Made by a program: the position numbers and the translations under genes. Positions 1-11,082 of a DNA stretch of 64,000 nucleotides are shown piece after piece (within the stretch, counting starts at the first letter, position 1; the number at the start of each line of letters is the position of its first letter). The DNA comes from Microcoleus sp. Lineage in GTDB: Bacteria > Cyanobacteriota > Cyanobacteriia > Cyanobacteriales > Microcoleaceae. The stretch spans positions 5,920,001 to 5,984,000 of the forward strand of contig CP181291.1 in assembly GCA_052279835.1 (NCBI GenBank). The letters are read 5' to 3'. The notes beneath the pieces are model-generated. The model ran no database searches. It worked only from the letters and a program-made list of their open reading frames with translations, and was not told the DNA's origin.

Positions 1-356
1 AAGATATCGAGAATATTACCACAATCGCATTTAGAACCATCAGAAATAAAGATTTCCGAAGCATCAATATCGCATCCCCGTGACTTGAAATCGTGCTCGG
101 CAATTTTCTCCCGCAGCCATTCATAACCTTGTTCCGGGCCGTATCCTTTGAAGGTATCCCGCGAGCCCATTTCTTCCACCGCCGCCACCATCGCGAGGCG
201 ACAAGCTTCGGGTAGGGGCTCTGTGACGTCGCCAATCCCTAGGCGGATGATTGGTGCCCCCGGATTAGCCTCTGCATAAGCTTTGACTCGGCGTCCTATC
301 TCTGGAAACAGGTAGCCAGCTTTGAGTTTGAGGTAGTTGTCGTTGATAGTTGCCAT
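1..356 (-). CDS. dapL: LL-diaminopimelate aminotransferase, N-terminal part (runs off window)
   Basis: Reverse strand reads [24 protein letters not shown]...[14 protein letters not shown]...[16 protein letters not shown]...[15 protein letters not shown], the typical DapL N-terminus; not in the ORF track because truncated. Confidence 0.93.
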   Translation of the reverse strand, partial: MATINDNYLKLKAGYLFPEIGRRVKAYAEANPGAPIIRLGIGDVTEPLPEACRLAMVAAVEEMGSRDTFKGYGPEQGYEWLREKIAEHDFKSRGCDIDASEIFISDGSKCDCGNILDI

Positions 357-493
357 ATTTTCGATCGCTTGAGAGTCGTAGAATAGCTTACTGCGAATTG
401 GTCGTTAACTGTGGGCTGTTGAGGCTGACAGACACTTGACAAAAAAATCAACCAGCTTATATAATTAGAATAGTTTGCAGTTCCAAAACTATT

Positions 494-1582
494 ATGGATG
501 ATATCGAGTATGCCAGAGTCTATCAAGAAATGGCGGCAATGTTGGATGAATTTAATTTGGGTTGGGTAGCTCAACAAGTAGCAGATAATGTAGAGATAGG
601 TAAAACTATTGAGGAGCGATCGCTCAAAAGAAAAACCCCGTTACTCAAGATAGAAGACTATACACCAAAAGAGCAACTTTTGATGTTGATTGATGCTGTC
701 GAACAAGCAACAGTTCATACTTCCGAAATGGAAGATGAAATTGCTTATTTCTTAAAAGTAGAATCAGAAACTTCTCCCCTCGGTACTAAAATTAGCTTTG
801 CCTCATCCAGTGCCAAAGAGCCGAAAACTATCGAGTTTACTTCTCAGGTAACATCTCCTCGGAACAAACAGGCGATCGCCCTGAAATACTTGCTCGAAAA
901 ACTGCCATCAGAACCGAGCAACTACATCACTAATGCCGAAATTAAAAGCAAATTAAGCCAAGCGATTAATCCCGATTTCAACGGTGCCATAGAACAAGCA
1001 AACATTTTTGATGTTTACCTATTCACCATTTTGTTAAAAGCTATTGCCAATGAAGGAGGAACTATATATTATAACAATGTTTTAGACGAAACACCCAAAT
1101 ATTTAACATTTAGAAAGACCCCAGGCAAAATTCACGGTAATACTCATCCCTATACCTATGCAATAGTGGAATTTCCCGACAAGCCAGCCCTGGAGGTTCA
1201 TTTAGCAGTAAAAGTCCAAGGTAGAGCCGGAGTTCTCCACAATTGCAACCTGTTAATGTTGTACCAAAAAGAAGCGAATATCTGTCGCTTGCTCCAGCGA
1301 GAACCCCGGCACTCCCAAGTAATTTTAGCAGTTAAATCTCAGCACAATACTTCGGAACTCAAACTAGAAACTGCTGGTGCTTTTATTGGATTAGCGTCAG
1401 ATATTCGCTACGAAGGTGGCAGCTATTTTATTTCTAATACTTACTCGGAAGCTGTAGCCAAATTGCTAACTATCGCCCGCAAAAAATGGGAGTTAAACAT
1501 ATTTCCCAGAGCGACAAATGATGTGCATAGACTGATGTATTCATTTCAAACGATTTTTAAAGACTTTAAAGCCAGGAATTGA
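494..1582 (+). CDS. Hypothetical protein; C-terminal half resembles a restriction-endonuclease-like fold with degenerate catalytic motif
   Basis: 362-aa ORF; segment VKVQGRAGVLHNCNL...ILAVKSQH parallels GxSGxxHExD...ECK nuclease motifs. Confidence 0.6.
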   Translation: MDDIEYARVYQEMAAMLDEFNLGWVAQQVADNVEIGKTIEERSLKRKTPLLKIEDYTPKEQLLMLIDAVEQATVHTSEMEDEIAYFLKVESETSPLGTKISFASSSAKEPKTIEFTSQVTSPRNKQAIALKYLLEKLPSEPSNYITNAEIKSKLSQAINPDFNGAIEQANIFDVYLFTILLKAIANEGGTIYYNNVLDETPKYLTFRKTPGKIHGNTHPYTYAIVEFPDKPALEVHLAVKVQGRAGVLHNCNLLMLYQKEANICRLLQREPRHSQVILAVKSQHNTSELKLETAGAFIGLASDIRYEGGSYFISNTYSEAVAKLLTIARKKWELNIFPRATNDVHRLMYSFQTIFKDFKARN

Positions 1583-1712
1583 AATTAGGGCATTATGCCC
1601 CATGCTTTTAGGCATTCCCTCATCCCCCCTCCACTCTTGGGGGGCAGGGGGTGGCCTCATGCCCGATGCTCATATAATTTAGGATGTTGCGAGCAACCCA
1701 ACTTGACTAATA

Positions 1713-3479
1713 ATGTTTAAGAAAGATAAATCTTCTCTCCTGTTTACGATCGGAGCGGCTACCCTCCTGATTAGTTTAGGCTTCATCACCTATTTGATCG
1801 TCATCTCCCGCGGACCAAGCAAAGATTTGCCCGCAGGGGCTACGGTTGTACCTCAAGATACGATGATGGCTGTATCTATCACTACCGATGAATCGCAGTG
1901 GAAAAGGCTGCGAGAGTTTGGCACTCCCGACTCAAAAGCCTCTTTTGAAAGACTTTTAACCGAATTGCGCGATCGCATCCTGACAACCAACGGCTACAGC
2001 TACCAACAAGACATTCAACCCTGGGTAGCTGACACAGCAATGGTTGCCTTTTTGCGAAACAAAATCGCCATACCAGTAGCACCGCGCACACCCAATGCAC
2101 CACCACCTCCCCCAGCCCAACAATCAGTAGCTATTATCTTGCCCATTGCTAACCCGATTAAAGCCAAAGAATTATTAGCAAAACCCAGACCCCTCAACCA
2201 AGGAAAAATGGTTGAGCGTAATTATAAAGGAGTGCAAGTTACAGAAACTCAAGGCGTACCCGATCGCAATTTTTCGGTGGCGGTACTGGGGACAAACTAT
2301 CTGGTAGTGAGCACAGAACCCACAGCCACCGATAGAATAATTGATACCTACAAAGGGGAACCTTCCCTAGCAAAAACCCCAGGCTACGAAGATGCCCTAG
2401 AACAAATAAAAAGTTCCGGTGCCTTCGGTCAAGTCTACGTGAATATGCCCGTCGCAGCAGCCTTTACCGCAGCTAACTCCGCCCGTGAATTATCGCCGGA
2501 AAACCTGGAAAAATTACAACAAAATCAGGGATTTGCCACCACAGCGACGCTGGATACAGATGGCATTGGATTCAAATCTATTTCTTGGCTGAAACCAGAC
2601 TCTCAAAAAAGGATCGCAGTAGAAAACAACGCTCTCAAAATGTCGAACCGCTTACCAAATAATACAATCATGATGGTATCTGGTGGCAACTTACGGCGTT
2701 TGTGGGAAGATTATGTATCGGGGGCCGATGCTAATCCGATCGCCCCGGTGAATCCCCAAATTTTGCGAACTGCTCTAAAATCCACTACTGGCCTGGATTT
2801 AGACAAAGACTTGATGGAGTGGATGGCAGGAGAATTTTCCCTATCCTTAATACCAGCCCCCGCGCCAAATCCCAAAGACAAATTTGCTGCGGGATTTGTA
2901 TTTATGGTGGAAAGCAACAACCGTCGCGGGGCGGACAAAGCTCTCAAACAGCTTGACGATACCATGAAAATGAAAGGGTTTAGAGTCGAGGAAATTAAAG
3001 TAGGGGGTCAACCTACGACTAAATGGACATCACCCTTTGGAGGAATCACAGTTACTCGTGGCTGGATGAACGATGTACTATTTTTAACAGTAGGAGCTCC
3101 CGTGGTGGATGCGATCGTTCCGGCCCCGAAAAGTCCGCTATTAAGCAGCGAATTGTTCCAAAAAACAGTGCGATCGCAACTTAAGCCCCACAACGGCAAT
3201 TTCTTCATCGACACAGAGAGTGCATTTAACCCAAAAAACCTAGCTTTGCCGGAATTTCCCCCCAATCAAAAAATCTGGATCGATGCGATACGGTCGATCG
3301 GGATTACAGCGGCAGTCATAGGCGATCGTACTACCCGTTATGACGCTTTTGTCAACCTCAAAAAATCAGACCAATCTAGTCCTTCCCCGAATCTCTCTCC
3401 CACTCCTTTGTCTGGTAGTTCTGCTTCTCCAACTCCCTCTGTATCATCGCCATCGCCATCGCCATCGGCATCCCCCTGA
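1713..3479 (+). CDS. DUF3352-family membrane-anchored protein
   Basis: N-terminal TM helix, LPAGATVVPQD, YQQDIQPWV, DLDKDLMEWMAGEFSL motifs, Ser/Pro tail. Confidence 0.8.
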   Translation: MFKKDKSSLLFTIGAATLLISLGFITYLIVISRGPSKDLPAGATVVPQDTMMAVSITTDESQWKRLREFGTPDSKASFERLLTELRDRILTTNGYSYQQDIQPWVADTAMVAFLRNKIAIPVAPRTPNAPPPPPAQQSVAIILPIANPIKAKELLAKPRPLNQGKMVERNYKGVQVTETQGVPDRNFSVAVLGTNYLVVSTEPTATDRIIDTYKGEPSLAKTPGYEDALEQIKSSGAFGQVYVNMPVAAAFTAANSARELSPENLEKLQQNQGFATTATLDTDGIGFKSISWLKPDSQKRIAVENNALKMSNRLPNNTIMMVSGGNLRRLWEDYVSGADANPIAPVNPQILRTALKSTTGLDLDKDLMEWMAGEFSLSLIPAPAPNPKDKFAAGFVFMVESNNRRGADKALKQLDDTMKMKGFRVEEIKVGGQPTTKWTSPFGGITVTRGWMNDVLFLTVGAPVVDAIVPAPKSPLLSSELFQKTVRSQLKPHNGNFFIDTESAFNPKNLALPEFPPNQKIWIDAIRSIGITAAVIGDRTTRYDAFVNLKKSDQSSPSPNLSPTPLSGSSASPTPSVSSPSPSPSASP

Positions 3480-3581
3480 AAAACCCTCCTTAGCTAGCAT
3501 AGGGCCTAGGGCATGGGATTAGACTTATGCCTGCACCTGACCACGCTTTAGACCCATTTTTTTGCTAAGTCCGATGGTACT

Positions 3582-3710
3582 AATATCAATTCCGGTTGTA
3601 TCGGAATGATTTAACCGCGAAGGCGCGTTCGGCGAAACCGTTCCCGTAGGGTAGTACGCGAAGCAAGAGAAGAGAGAGTTTAATAATTCCGCTGAAGAGA
3701 AGATTTTATA
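3582..3710 (+). mobile_element. MITE-like repeat, copy A (carries ~25-nt internal insertion)
   Basis: Near-identical to reverse complements of 10671-10777 and 24278-24410; imperfect terminal inverted repeats ATATCAA(A/T)TCC. Confidence 0.75.
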
Positions 3711-4129
3711 TAAATCCGGGTCAATCACCCCCCTGTTTGATTTCGGTGGCTAATTTTTGCCCTCCCCGTCTGCTTCTCTCCCTCTCCCCCAGTACAGTAA
3801 CCCTATACAGTAATAAAGGGGTTTTTCACCCGGATTTCCTGATAATTGGAGAGCAATTTTTCAAGTCGGCTGTTAAAATTGCCGGCTTTTTTGTGTTGCG
3901 AAAAGCCAACGCCGGAAATAGCCAAAACATATTTTTGTCTTTCTTAACATAAAATGCAATAATTTTTAACTTACTTTTGGGTTAAACCATTGTAAATACG
4001 TCACCTGGTAGATACATCTACGACCAAGTACGAGTTATAATTTAAATAAGAGAAAAGATGTAACAGGTTAACTGCAAATGCTAACAGTAATTTTAATCAA
4101 AACTTCTATAAGTGAGTTGTTAACAGAAA

Positions 4130-7100
4130 ATGAAAACCACAAATAATCGACCCCTAAAAATTGAAGAAACATCAAAAAAATATCTAACTAAACTGGCAAT
4201 TTTTCTGCCAATTATCCTGTTTGATTTTTATTTTTTATCTGCCAAAACACAAGCCCAAACAATTGTTCCAGCCACCGACGGCACCGGCACTACGGTAACA
4301 CCCGTAACCGGAAGCCCCGCGCCAACTCGCTTCGACATCCAAGGCGGACAATTATCGGGCGATCGACAAAATCTCTTCCATAGTTTTGAACAATTCGGAC
4401 TGTCACAAAATCAGATTGCCAATTTTATTTCAAACCCCAACATTCGCAACATATTGGCTCGCATCGGTGGCGGTAACCCCTCTCTGATTAATGGGTTAAT
4501 TCAAGTGACAGGTGGCAATTCTAATCTGTTGTTGATGAACCCCTCCGGGATTATATTCGGCAACAATGCCAGCTTAAACGTGCCGGCGGCTTTCACCGCA
4601 ACCACGGCCACATCCATTGGATTTGGTTCTAATTCCTTTAACGCCACAGGCACAAACAATTACACCTCCCTCACAGGGACACCCAACTCCTTCACCTTCG
4701 CCACCGCTCAACCAGGAGCAATCATCAACACGGCTGACTTAGCAGTCAAGTCAGGCCAAAACTTAACCTTGCTAGGCGGCACGGTGGTCAGCACTGGCAC
4801 TCTGTCGGCCCCAAACGGTCAAATTACTATAGCCTCGGTGCCTGGGCAAAATCTACTTCGTCTGATCCAGCAAGGCAATTTACTCAGTTTGGAAATCCAG
4901 CCCCCATCAGGAACAGGACCAGCCACTTCAATATTGCCGATCGCATCCTTACCACAATTGCTCACAGGCATCGGCCCGGCGAACGCTACAGGAGTCCGAG
5001 TCAATGCCAGCGGTCAAGTGGTACTCACAGCCTCCAACCAAGTAGTAGCAGGGGGTGATGTGGCTGTACAAGGTATAAATGCTGGGGCGATCGCCGTGCA
5101 AGCAGCCAACAACCTGACAACTGGCAATTTGACGAGTTCCCAAGCAAGTGCGATCGGGTTGGAAGCCAAGGGCGACATTCAGACTGGCAATCTCAACTCC
5201 AACTCCAGCAACAGCAGTGGCGGCAAAATCACCATCACCAGCCGTACAGGAAAAGTAGAGACAGGCAACATCAATTCCGCCTCCACCGACAAAAACGGCA
5301 ACGGCGCAGACATCACCATTGCAGCAGAATCAAGCATTCAAACAGGGAACATAGACGCCCATTCACAAGACAAACAAGGCGGCTCAGTCACCCTCAGCGC
5401 CCGCAACGATATTCAAGTCACCTCCATCAACACCGAAGGCCCAACAGCCGGAGGAAATATTGACCTTACCGCCGGCCGTTATTTCCGAGCCACAGGCACT
5501 TTCAAATCAGAACCCAACTGCGCCGCCGGTTGCAGCCTTTCGGCTTCCACAAGCACCAGTGCTAACGCTGGGGATATCACCATGCGGCACGGTGGGGGAG
5601 CCTCTAACACCCTCTTCACCGTGGGCCCGAACTATAACGGAGTCAATGGTACCGCTGGCATCATTGCTACAGGAGGACCTTCTAGGGGAAATGTGATTGC
5701 TAACGGAAGTTACAGCAACCCTGGCCCTCAGATAGTACAGCCGACACGAATTAACATTACTAATTCTGTTATTTCGCCGACGCCAACTCCTGCGCCAACT
5801 CCAGCACCTACACCTGCGCCAACTCCAGCACCTACACCAGCACCTACACCTGCGCCAACTCCAGCACCTACACCAGCACCTACACCTGCGCCTGCGCCAA
5901 CTCCAGCACCTACACCAGCACCTACACCTGCGCCAACTCCAGCACCTACACCAGCACCTACACCTGCGCCAACTCCAGCACCTACACCAGCACCTACACC
6001 TGCGCCTGCGCCAACTCCAGCACCTACACCAGCACCTACACCTGCGCCTGCGCCGACACCTGCGCCTACACCTGCACCTGCGCCTGCGCCTGCACCTGCA
6101 CCTGCACCTGCACCAACTCCTGCACCAACTCCTGCACCAACTCCTGCACCAACTCCTGCACCAACTCCTGCACCAACTCCTGCGCCTGCGCCAACTCCTG
6201 CACCAACACCTGCACCAACTCCTGCGCCTGCGCCAACTCCTGCACCAACTCCTGCACCAACACCTGTACCAACTCCTGCGCCAGCACCTGCACCAACACC
6301 TGCACCAACACCTGCACCAACACCTGCACCAGCACCAGAAACCGTCACTGTTATACCTGCACCAACACCTGCACCAACACCTGCACCAGCACCTGCACCA
6401 ACACCTGCACCAACACCTGCACCAGCACCTGCACCAGCACCTGCACCAGCACCAGAAACCGTCACTGTTGTACCTGCACCAACTCCCGCGCCAACTCCCG
6501 CGCCCGCACCTGCACCAACTCCTGCGCCTGCGCCCGCACCAGCGCCCGCACCAGAAACCCTCACTGTTGTACCTGCACCAACTCCTGCACCAGCACCAAC
6601 TCCTGCACCAGCACCAACTCCTGCACCAGCACCAACTCCTGCGCCTGCACCTGCACCCATCACAGTTGAGCCTAACGCCCCCACCATCCAAACACCAACA
6701 CCCATCACAGTTGAGCCTAACGCCCCCACCATCCAAACACCAACACCCATCACAGTTGAGCCTAACGCCCCCACCATCCAAACACCAACACCCATCACAG
6801 TTGTGCCTAACGCCCCCACCATCCAAACACCAGCACCTATCACAGTTGTGCCTAACACTCCCACCATCCAAACACCAGCACCTATCACAGTTGTGCCTAA
6901 CGCTCCCACCATCCAAACACCAACACCCGTCACAGTTGGGCCGATCGCTCCCATCATCCAAACACCACCGCTAACAGTAGCAACAGTCTCACCTCCGGCA
7001 GTTTCAGTCAACGGGATACCTGTTGTGCCCATTAATCTCGATGTGATACCGAAACCGACTCTGCCTCCCACACTCCCAGTGAATCCCCTACCGATCGTCG

Positions 7101-8497
7101 CAAATCCTGTATTTTCCCCGAACTCACAACAGCTTTATCAAATATCTAATTCCTTACAACAGCCAAATTTACCTTCAGCCACCAATATCAATATTTCTAA
7201 TTGGCAAAGGAACCTTGACACAGTTATTTTTCCCATAGAAGAAAGATTGACCAGGGATTTTGTTAATTATCTAAATTTGCCATCGACAAATGCGATCGCT
7301 ACCCTAGAAGATGCTCAAAATAAGCTAAGTGCCATCGAAAAAGCCACAGGCATTAAACCAGCTCTGATCTACATCACTTTTCTACCCAAAGGTAATACTA
7401 TTGTCGATCGCTCCTACAGCGGTTCTTCAATCTTGCGAGTAGAACAGCAAATTCAAAACAGCGAGGAACTGGAACTAATACTGGTAACTGCTTCTGGCGA
7501 ACCAATTCGCCGCAGGATACCCCTAACCTCCCGCACCGAAGTCCTAGCATTAGTTCAGAAATTTCGCAATGAAGTTACTAATCCGGTGAAGCGCAATACT
7601 AAAAGTTATTTGCCTGTTGCTCAGCAGCTTTATCAAATGATGGTAGCCCCCCTCGATGCCGAGCTCCAAGCGCGAGGCATTAACAATTTATCTTTTATCT
7701 CAGATATGGGGCTGCGATCGGTACCAATGGCCGCCCTCCACGACGGGAAAGGTTTTCTGATCGAACGTTACAGTGTCGCCTCCATGCCCAGTCTCAGTTT
7801 GACCGATACCAGCATTAGCAATTTCAAAAACACCCAACTTCTGGCAATGGGGGCATCGCAATTTGCGGATATGAGTCCTTTACCTGCGGTGGAAATAGAG
7901 GTATCCACCATCGCTCGGCAGGAGTGGCCAGGCAAGTCTTTCTTGAACCAAGCTTTCACTCTGGCCAATTTGAAATCCCAGCGCCAGCAGCAACCCTTTG
8001 GGATGATTCACCTGGCTACCCACGCCGAATTTAGATCGGGAGACCCCAGCAATTCTTTCATTCAATTGTGGGATACTAAATTGCGCTTAGATCAGTTGCG
8101 ACAAATGAACTGGCACAGCCCGGAAGTTGAACTGTTGGTTTTGAGTGCTTGCAGGACTGCTGTGGGCGATCGGGATGCAGAGTTGGGCTTTGGCGGGTTA
8201 GCGGTGCAAGCAGGTGTTAAATCGGCTCTGGCTACTCTCTGGTATGTGAGCGATGAGGGGAGTTTGGGATTGATGTCCGAGTTTTACAGCCAGTTAAAAA
8301 ATGCTCCGATTAAGGCAGAAGCCCTGCGACAAGCACAATTAGCGATGTTGCACCAAACCGTCCGCATTGAAGGGGGAGTGCTGCACACTTCTTCTGGAAG
8401 CTTGCCTCTGCCACCTTCAATGCCCAACACAGGCAATGGGAATTTTTCTCATCCCTATTATTGGTCGGCTTTTAGAATGATTGGCAATCCTTGGTAG
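4130..8497 (+). CDS. Filamentous haemagglutinin N-terminal (TPS) domain, Pro/Thr/Ala linker and CHAT (caspase-like) domain protein
   Basis: Signal-like N-terminus, NLFHSFEQF and [16 protein letters not shown] motifs, long PTPA tract, CHAT motifs [21 protein letters not shown]. Confidence 0.9.
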   Translation: MKTTNNRPLKIEETSKKYLTKLAIFLPIILFDFYFLSAKTQAQTIVPATDGTGTTVTPVTGSPAPTRFDIQGGQLSGDRQNLFHSFEQFGLSQNQIANFISNPNIRNILARIGGGNPSLINGLIQVTGGNSNLLLMNPSGIIFGNNASLNVPAAFTATTATSIGFGSNSFNATGTNNYTSLTGTPNSFTFATAQPGAIINTADLAVKSGQNLTLLGGTVVSTGTLSAPNGQITIASVPGQNLLRLIQQGNLLSLEIQPPSGTGPATSILPIASLPQLLTGIGPANATGVRVNASGQVVLTASNQVVAGGDVAVQGINAGAIAVQAANNLTTGNLTSSQASAIGLEAKGDIQTGNLNSNSSNSSGGKITITSRTGKVETGNINSASTDKNGNGADITIAAESSIQTGNIDAHSQDKQGGSVTLSARNDIQVTSINTEGPTAGGNIDLTAGRYFRATGTFKSEPNCAAGCSLSASTSTSANAGDITMRHGGGASNTLFTVGPNYNGVNGTAGIIATGGPSRGNVIANGSYSNPGPQIVQPTRINITNSVISPTPTPAPTPAPTPAPTPAPTPAPTPAPTPAPTPAPTPAPAPTPAPTPAPTPAPTPAPTPAPTPAPTPAPTPAPTPAPAPTPAPTPAPTPAPAPTPAPTPAPAPAPAPAPAPAPTPAPTPAPTPAPTPAPTPAPTPAPAPTPAPTPAPTPAPAPTPAPTPAPTPVPTPAPAPAPTPAPTPAPTPAPAPETVTVIPAPTPAPTPAPAPAPTPAPTPAPAPAPAPAPAPETVTVVPAPTPAPTPAPAPAPTPAPAPAPAPAPETLTVVPAPTPAPAPTPAPAPTPAPAPTPAPAPAPITVEPNAPTIQTPTPITVEPNAPTIQTPTPITVEPNAPTIQTPTPITVVPNAPTIQTPAPITVVPNTPTIQTPAPITVVPNAPTIQTPTPVTVGPIAPIIQTPPLTVATVSPPAVSVNGIPVVPINLDVIPKPTLPPTLPVNPLPIVANPVFSPNSQQLYQISNSLQQPNLPSATNINISNWQRNLDTVIFPIEERLTRDFVNYLNLPSTNAIATLEDAQNKLSAIEKATGIKPALIYITFLPKGNTIVDRSYSGSSILRVEQQIQNSEELELILVTASGEPIRRRIPLTSRTEVLALVQKFRNEVTNPVKRNTKSYLPVAQQLYQMMVAPLDAELQARGINNLSFISDMGLRSVPMAALHDGKGFLIERYSVASMPSLSLTDTSISNFKNTQLLAMGASQFADMSPLPAVEIEVSTIARQEWPGKSFLNQAFTLANLKSQRQQQPFGMIHLATHAEFRSGDPSNSFIQLWDTKLRLDQLRQMNWHSPEVELLVLSACRTAVGDRDAELGFGGLAVQAGVKSALATLWYVSDEGSLGLMSEFYSQLKNAPIKAEALRQAQLAMLHQTVRIEGGVLHTSSGSLPLPPSMPNTGNGNFSHPYYWSAFRMIGNPW
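5778..6970 (+). repeat. Intragenic tandem repeats: (PT/PA)n tract, then seven 45-bp (15-aa) units [15 protein letters not shown]
   Basis: Directly visible in DNA and protein. Confidence 0.95.
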
Positions 8498-8683
8498 TTA
8501 ACATTACTCGATCGACTCTCCCAAGCAACCGCTAACACCACACCATAGCTAGTAAAAGTCTCAGAGTCCCCACTTCGGAAAAAAGTCGGGGATCTAAAGC
8601 CCGTCTCCATCACCCAAAAATCCCGAATCCCAGTACGATCGATCTAGTTAGTATCAAATGAAAACTTTACCGGGGTAATTTTT

Positions 8684-9754
8684 ATGGATCTGGTTGTACT
8701 CCAGAACTGGCTGGACAACATCTCCTTTGCCGTTCTCCTCTCAACAATGCTCGTTTACTGGGTTGGGGCTGCTTTTCCCGGCATTCCCTATTTGTCAGCC
8801 CTCGGTACCGCCGGAATGGCGATCGCCAATCTTTCCATTGCCGCCCTACTCGGTGCTCGATGGATAGAAGCCGGCTATTTCCCTCTGAGCAACCTTTACG
8901 AATCCCTATTTTTCCTCACTTGGGGAATCACCGCCATCCATCTAGTCGCGGAAAACATGAGTCGATCGCGCTTAGTAGGAGTAGCCACATCCCCCGTAGC
9001 CATGGCCATTTCCGCCTTTGCAGCCCTCACCCTACCCGCAACCATGCAATCGGCGGAACCCCTAGTACCAGCCCTCAAATCCAACTGGCTGATGATGCAC
9101 GTCAGCGTCATGATGCTGAGTTATTCAACTTTAATGGTAGGAGCGCTACTGGCGATCGCCTTTTTAGTCGTCACCCGCGGCCAAAAAATCGAACTCACCG
9201 GCAGTTCCTTCGGCACCAACGGCAATCGCCACAGCAACTACCGCCTCCAACGCCCTCAAAACCCCGAACCTCAAATTGCGGCCACCGCAGCCGATAGCGG
9301 ATTAGCATTCAGCGAACCCTCTTTCAATTCCAGCAATAACGGTTCGGCAACCACCGCAGTCCTAGAACTAGCACCAGTTCAAACCTCTTCCCACCCTCAA
9401 TCTCAAACCGCAGAAATTCTCTCGCCCCAGCGATTGAATCTCGCATCCACTCTTGATAACATTAGCTATCGCATCATCGGTTTAGGATTTCCTTTACTGA
9501 CTATTGGCATTATTGCCGGCGGTGTTTGGGCCAACGAAGCTTGGGGTTCTTACTGGAGTTGGGACCCGAAAGAAACCTGGGCATTGATTACTTGGTTAGT
9601 GTTTGCAGCCTACCTCCACGCCCGCATCACCCGCGGCTGGCAGGGAAGACGCCCAGCCATCTTAGCAGCCACAGGTTTTGTGGTGGTTTGGATTTGTTAT
9701 CTAGGCGTTAATTTGTTAGGCAAGGGTTTACATTCCTACGGTTGGTTTTTCTAA
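8684..9754 (+). CDS. ccsA: Cytochrome c biogenesis protein CcsA (system II)
   Basis: [50 protein letters not shown]. Confidence 0.97.
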   Translation: MDLVVLQNWLDNISFAVLLSTMLVYWVGAAFPGIPYLSALGTAGMAIANLSIAALLGARWIEAGYFPLSNLYESLFFLTWGITAIHLVAENMSRSRLVGVATSPVAMAISAFAALTLPATMQSAEPLVPALKSNWLMMHVSVMMLSYSTLMVGALLAIAFLVVTRGQKIELTGSSFGTNGNRHSNYRLQRPQNPEPQIAATAADSGLAFSEPSFNSSNNGSATTAVLELAPVQTSSHPQSQTAEILSPQRLNLASTLDNISYRIIGLGFPLLTIGIIAGGVWANEAWGSYWSWDPKETWALITWLVFAAYLHARITRGWQGRRPAILAATGFVVVWICYLGVNLLGKGLHSYGWFF

Positions 9755-9970
9755 TAAAAACCATTAACAGTTATGGTTACTGAGTTATTTGTTATTAGTT
9801 ACTGTTGATTAGTAGCTGTTAACAAATAACTAATAACACCACCTATAAATCAAAATTCAACAGTTAGTTGTTGCAAATTATTTTAGGTTAATAGCTGCTA
9901 ACAAAACACCACTAGAAACATCAAAAAATCAACATCGAACACTAAAGTATTTCCTGAATTTTCAATAGAT

Positions 9971-10390
9971 ATGAAACAAGCAAAAGTTTTTCTCCGAGAA
10001 GACGATGTTTTGTCTACTCCCGCCAGCGCTTTGATGTATCAATGTACTTTCAAAGTTAGCGAATTTTTGACTATTATGCAGTCAAAACTCCTAGAAGAAA
10101 GATTGTTTTTAGACGGTATGGATTGCGAACTTTTGAGTGCAGGTAAAGCCTGGACAAAAGGAAAAGTCAGAGTGCGCCTGGAGTTTTACGCCGACGAACA
10201 GGAAATAGAACAAAAATCTCTTTCGGCTGCTTCCGAGGACTCAGATACCGCCCCAGAAAACACCCAAAATATCACGTCTCCAGTTACAGAAAATGACGGC
10301 TCAACTCTCCAAGATTCCACAGAAAATACTAACTTTCCTAGGTATAGGTATCGCAATAACAACCGTCATAGTGTAGGAATGTGGAGCTAA
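9971..10390 (+). CDS. KGK domain-containing protein
   Basis: GMDCELL...WTKGKVRVRLEF signature. Confidence 0.8.
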   Translation: MKQAKVFLREDDVLSTPASALMYQCTFKVSEFLTIMQSKLLEERLFLDGMDCELLSAGKAWTKGKVRVRLEFYADEQEIEQKSLSAASEDSDTAPENTQNITSPVTENDGSTLQDSTENTNFPRYRYRNNNRHSVGMWS

Positions 10391-10536
10391 AAACCAGTAT
10401 AATTTAGTTGGTTTTTAGTTGTTGTTTGTTGTTTATTGGTTGTTGATTCTTGTTTCTCAGAACTCATAACCAATAACTAAAAAATTCTTCCCCGACTCTA
10501 GCCAGCGCTGACTATAGCCTTTCTCAGTTAGGTGCG

Positions 10537-10642
10537 TAATGGGTAATGGGTAATGGGGAACCCCCCTGACCCCCCCCAGGGGGGGAAGGGCATTACCAAT
10601 TACCAATTACCAATTACCAATTACCCATTACCAATTACCAAT
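10537..10642. repeat. Heptamer tandem repeats (TAATGGG)n and (TTACCAA)n around a G/C hairpin
   Basis: Direct reading; STRR-type repeats typical of filamentous cyanobacteria. Confidence 0.85.
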
Positions 10643-10670
10643 TCTCTTCGGATGCCACCAGAATTGATAT

Positions 10671-10777
10671 GATATCAAATCCTCTTTTCATCCTCCTGTA
10701 TTAAACTCTCTCTTCTCGAACTTCGCGTCCTTAGCGCCTTCGCGGTTAAATCATTCCGATACAACCGGAATTAATAT
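10671..10777 (-). mobile_element. MITE-like repeat, copy B (no internal insertion)
   Basis: Aligns with copies A and C; ends GATATCAAATCC and GGAATTAATAT. Confidence 0.75.
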
Positions 10778-10820
10778 AAAAACAAAATACAGCAGTTTAG
10801 GGCTACTTAAAATTAAAAAA

Positions 10821-10845
10821 TCGTGAACGCACGAGGCTTTCACGA
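10821..10845 (-). terminator. Hairpin downstream of tRNA-Thr, probable terminator
   Basis: TCGTGAA...TTCACGA stem flanked by A and T runs. Confidence 0.5.
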
Positions 10846-10857
10846 ATTCTTTTTTAA

Positions 10858-10930
10858 AGCTGGTGACAGGATTTGAACCTGCGACAGGCTGATTACAAAT
10901 CAGCTACTCTACCAACTGAGTTACACCAGC
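10858..10930 (-). tRNA. tRNA-Thr (TGT)
   Basis: Reverse complement GCTGGTGTAACTCAGTTGGTAGAGTAGCTGATTTGTAATCAGCCTGTCGCAGGTTCAAATCCTGTCACCAGC folds as a cloverleaf with anticodon TGT. Confidence 0.97.
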
Positions 10931-11082
10931 AACATAAACTAATATAGCAAACCGATCGCCATTAGCGCAACCCCCCCAGCCAAGTTTTTTTTCTAATTCG
11001 CCCAAAAGCCCTCCCCACAAGGGCTGAACCCCAATTATGTTTCTCAGAAGCAACCACAAACTGTCCACCAACTGCGCACTGA

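Noticed and set aside
4008..4021. NtcA-like GTA-N8-TAC sites (also 13604-13617)
   Set aside because: No -10 box at the usual ~22-nt spacing; the motif is expected by chance in AT-rich DNA
5507..7071. Long antisense ORFs (Cys/Arg/Trp-rich 484 aa; Gly/Ala/Val-rich 447 aa)
   Set aside because: Shadows of the stop-free PT/PA repeat tract on the + strand
9200..9430. Low-complexity insert in CcsA as a possible intein
   Set aside because: No intein terminal motifs; this loop is length-variable in cyanobacterial CcsA
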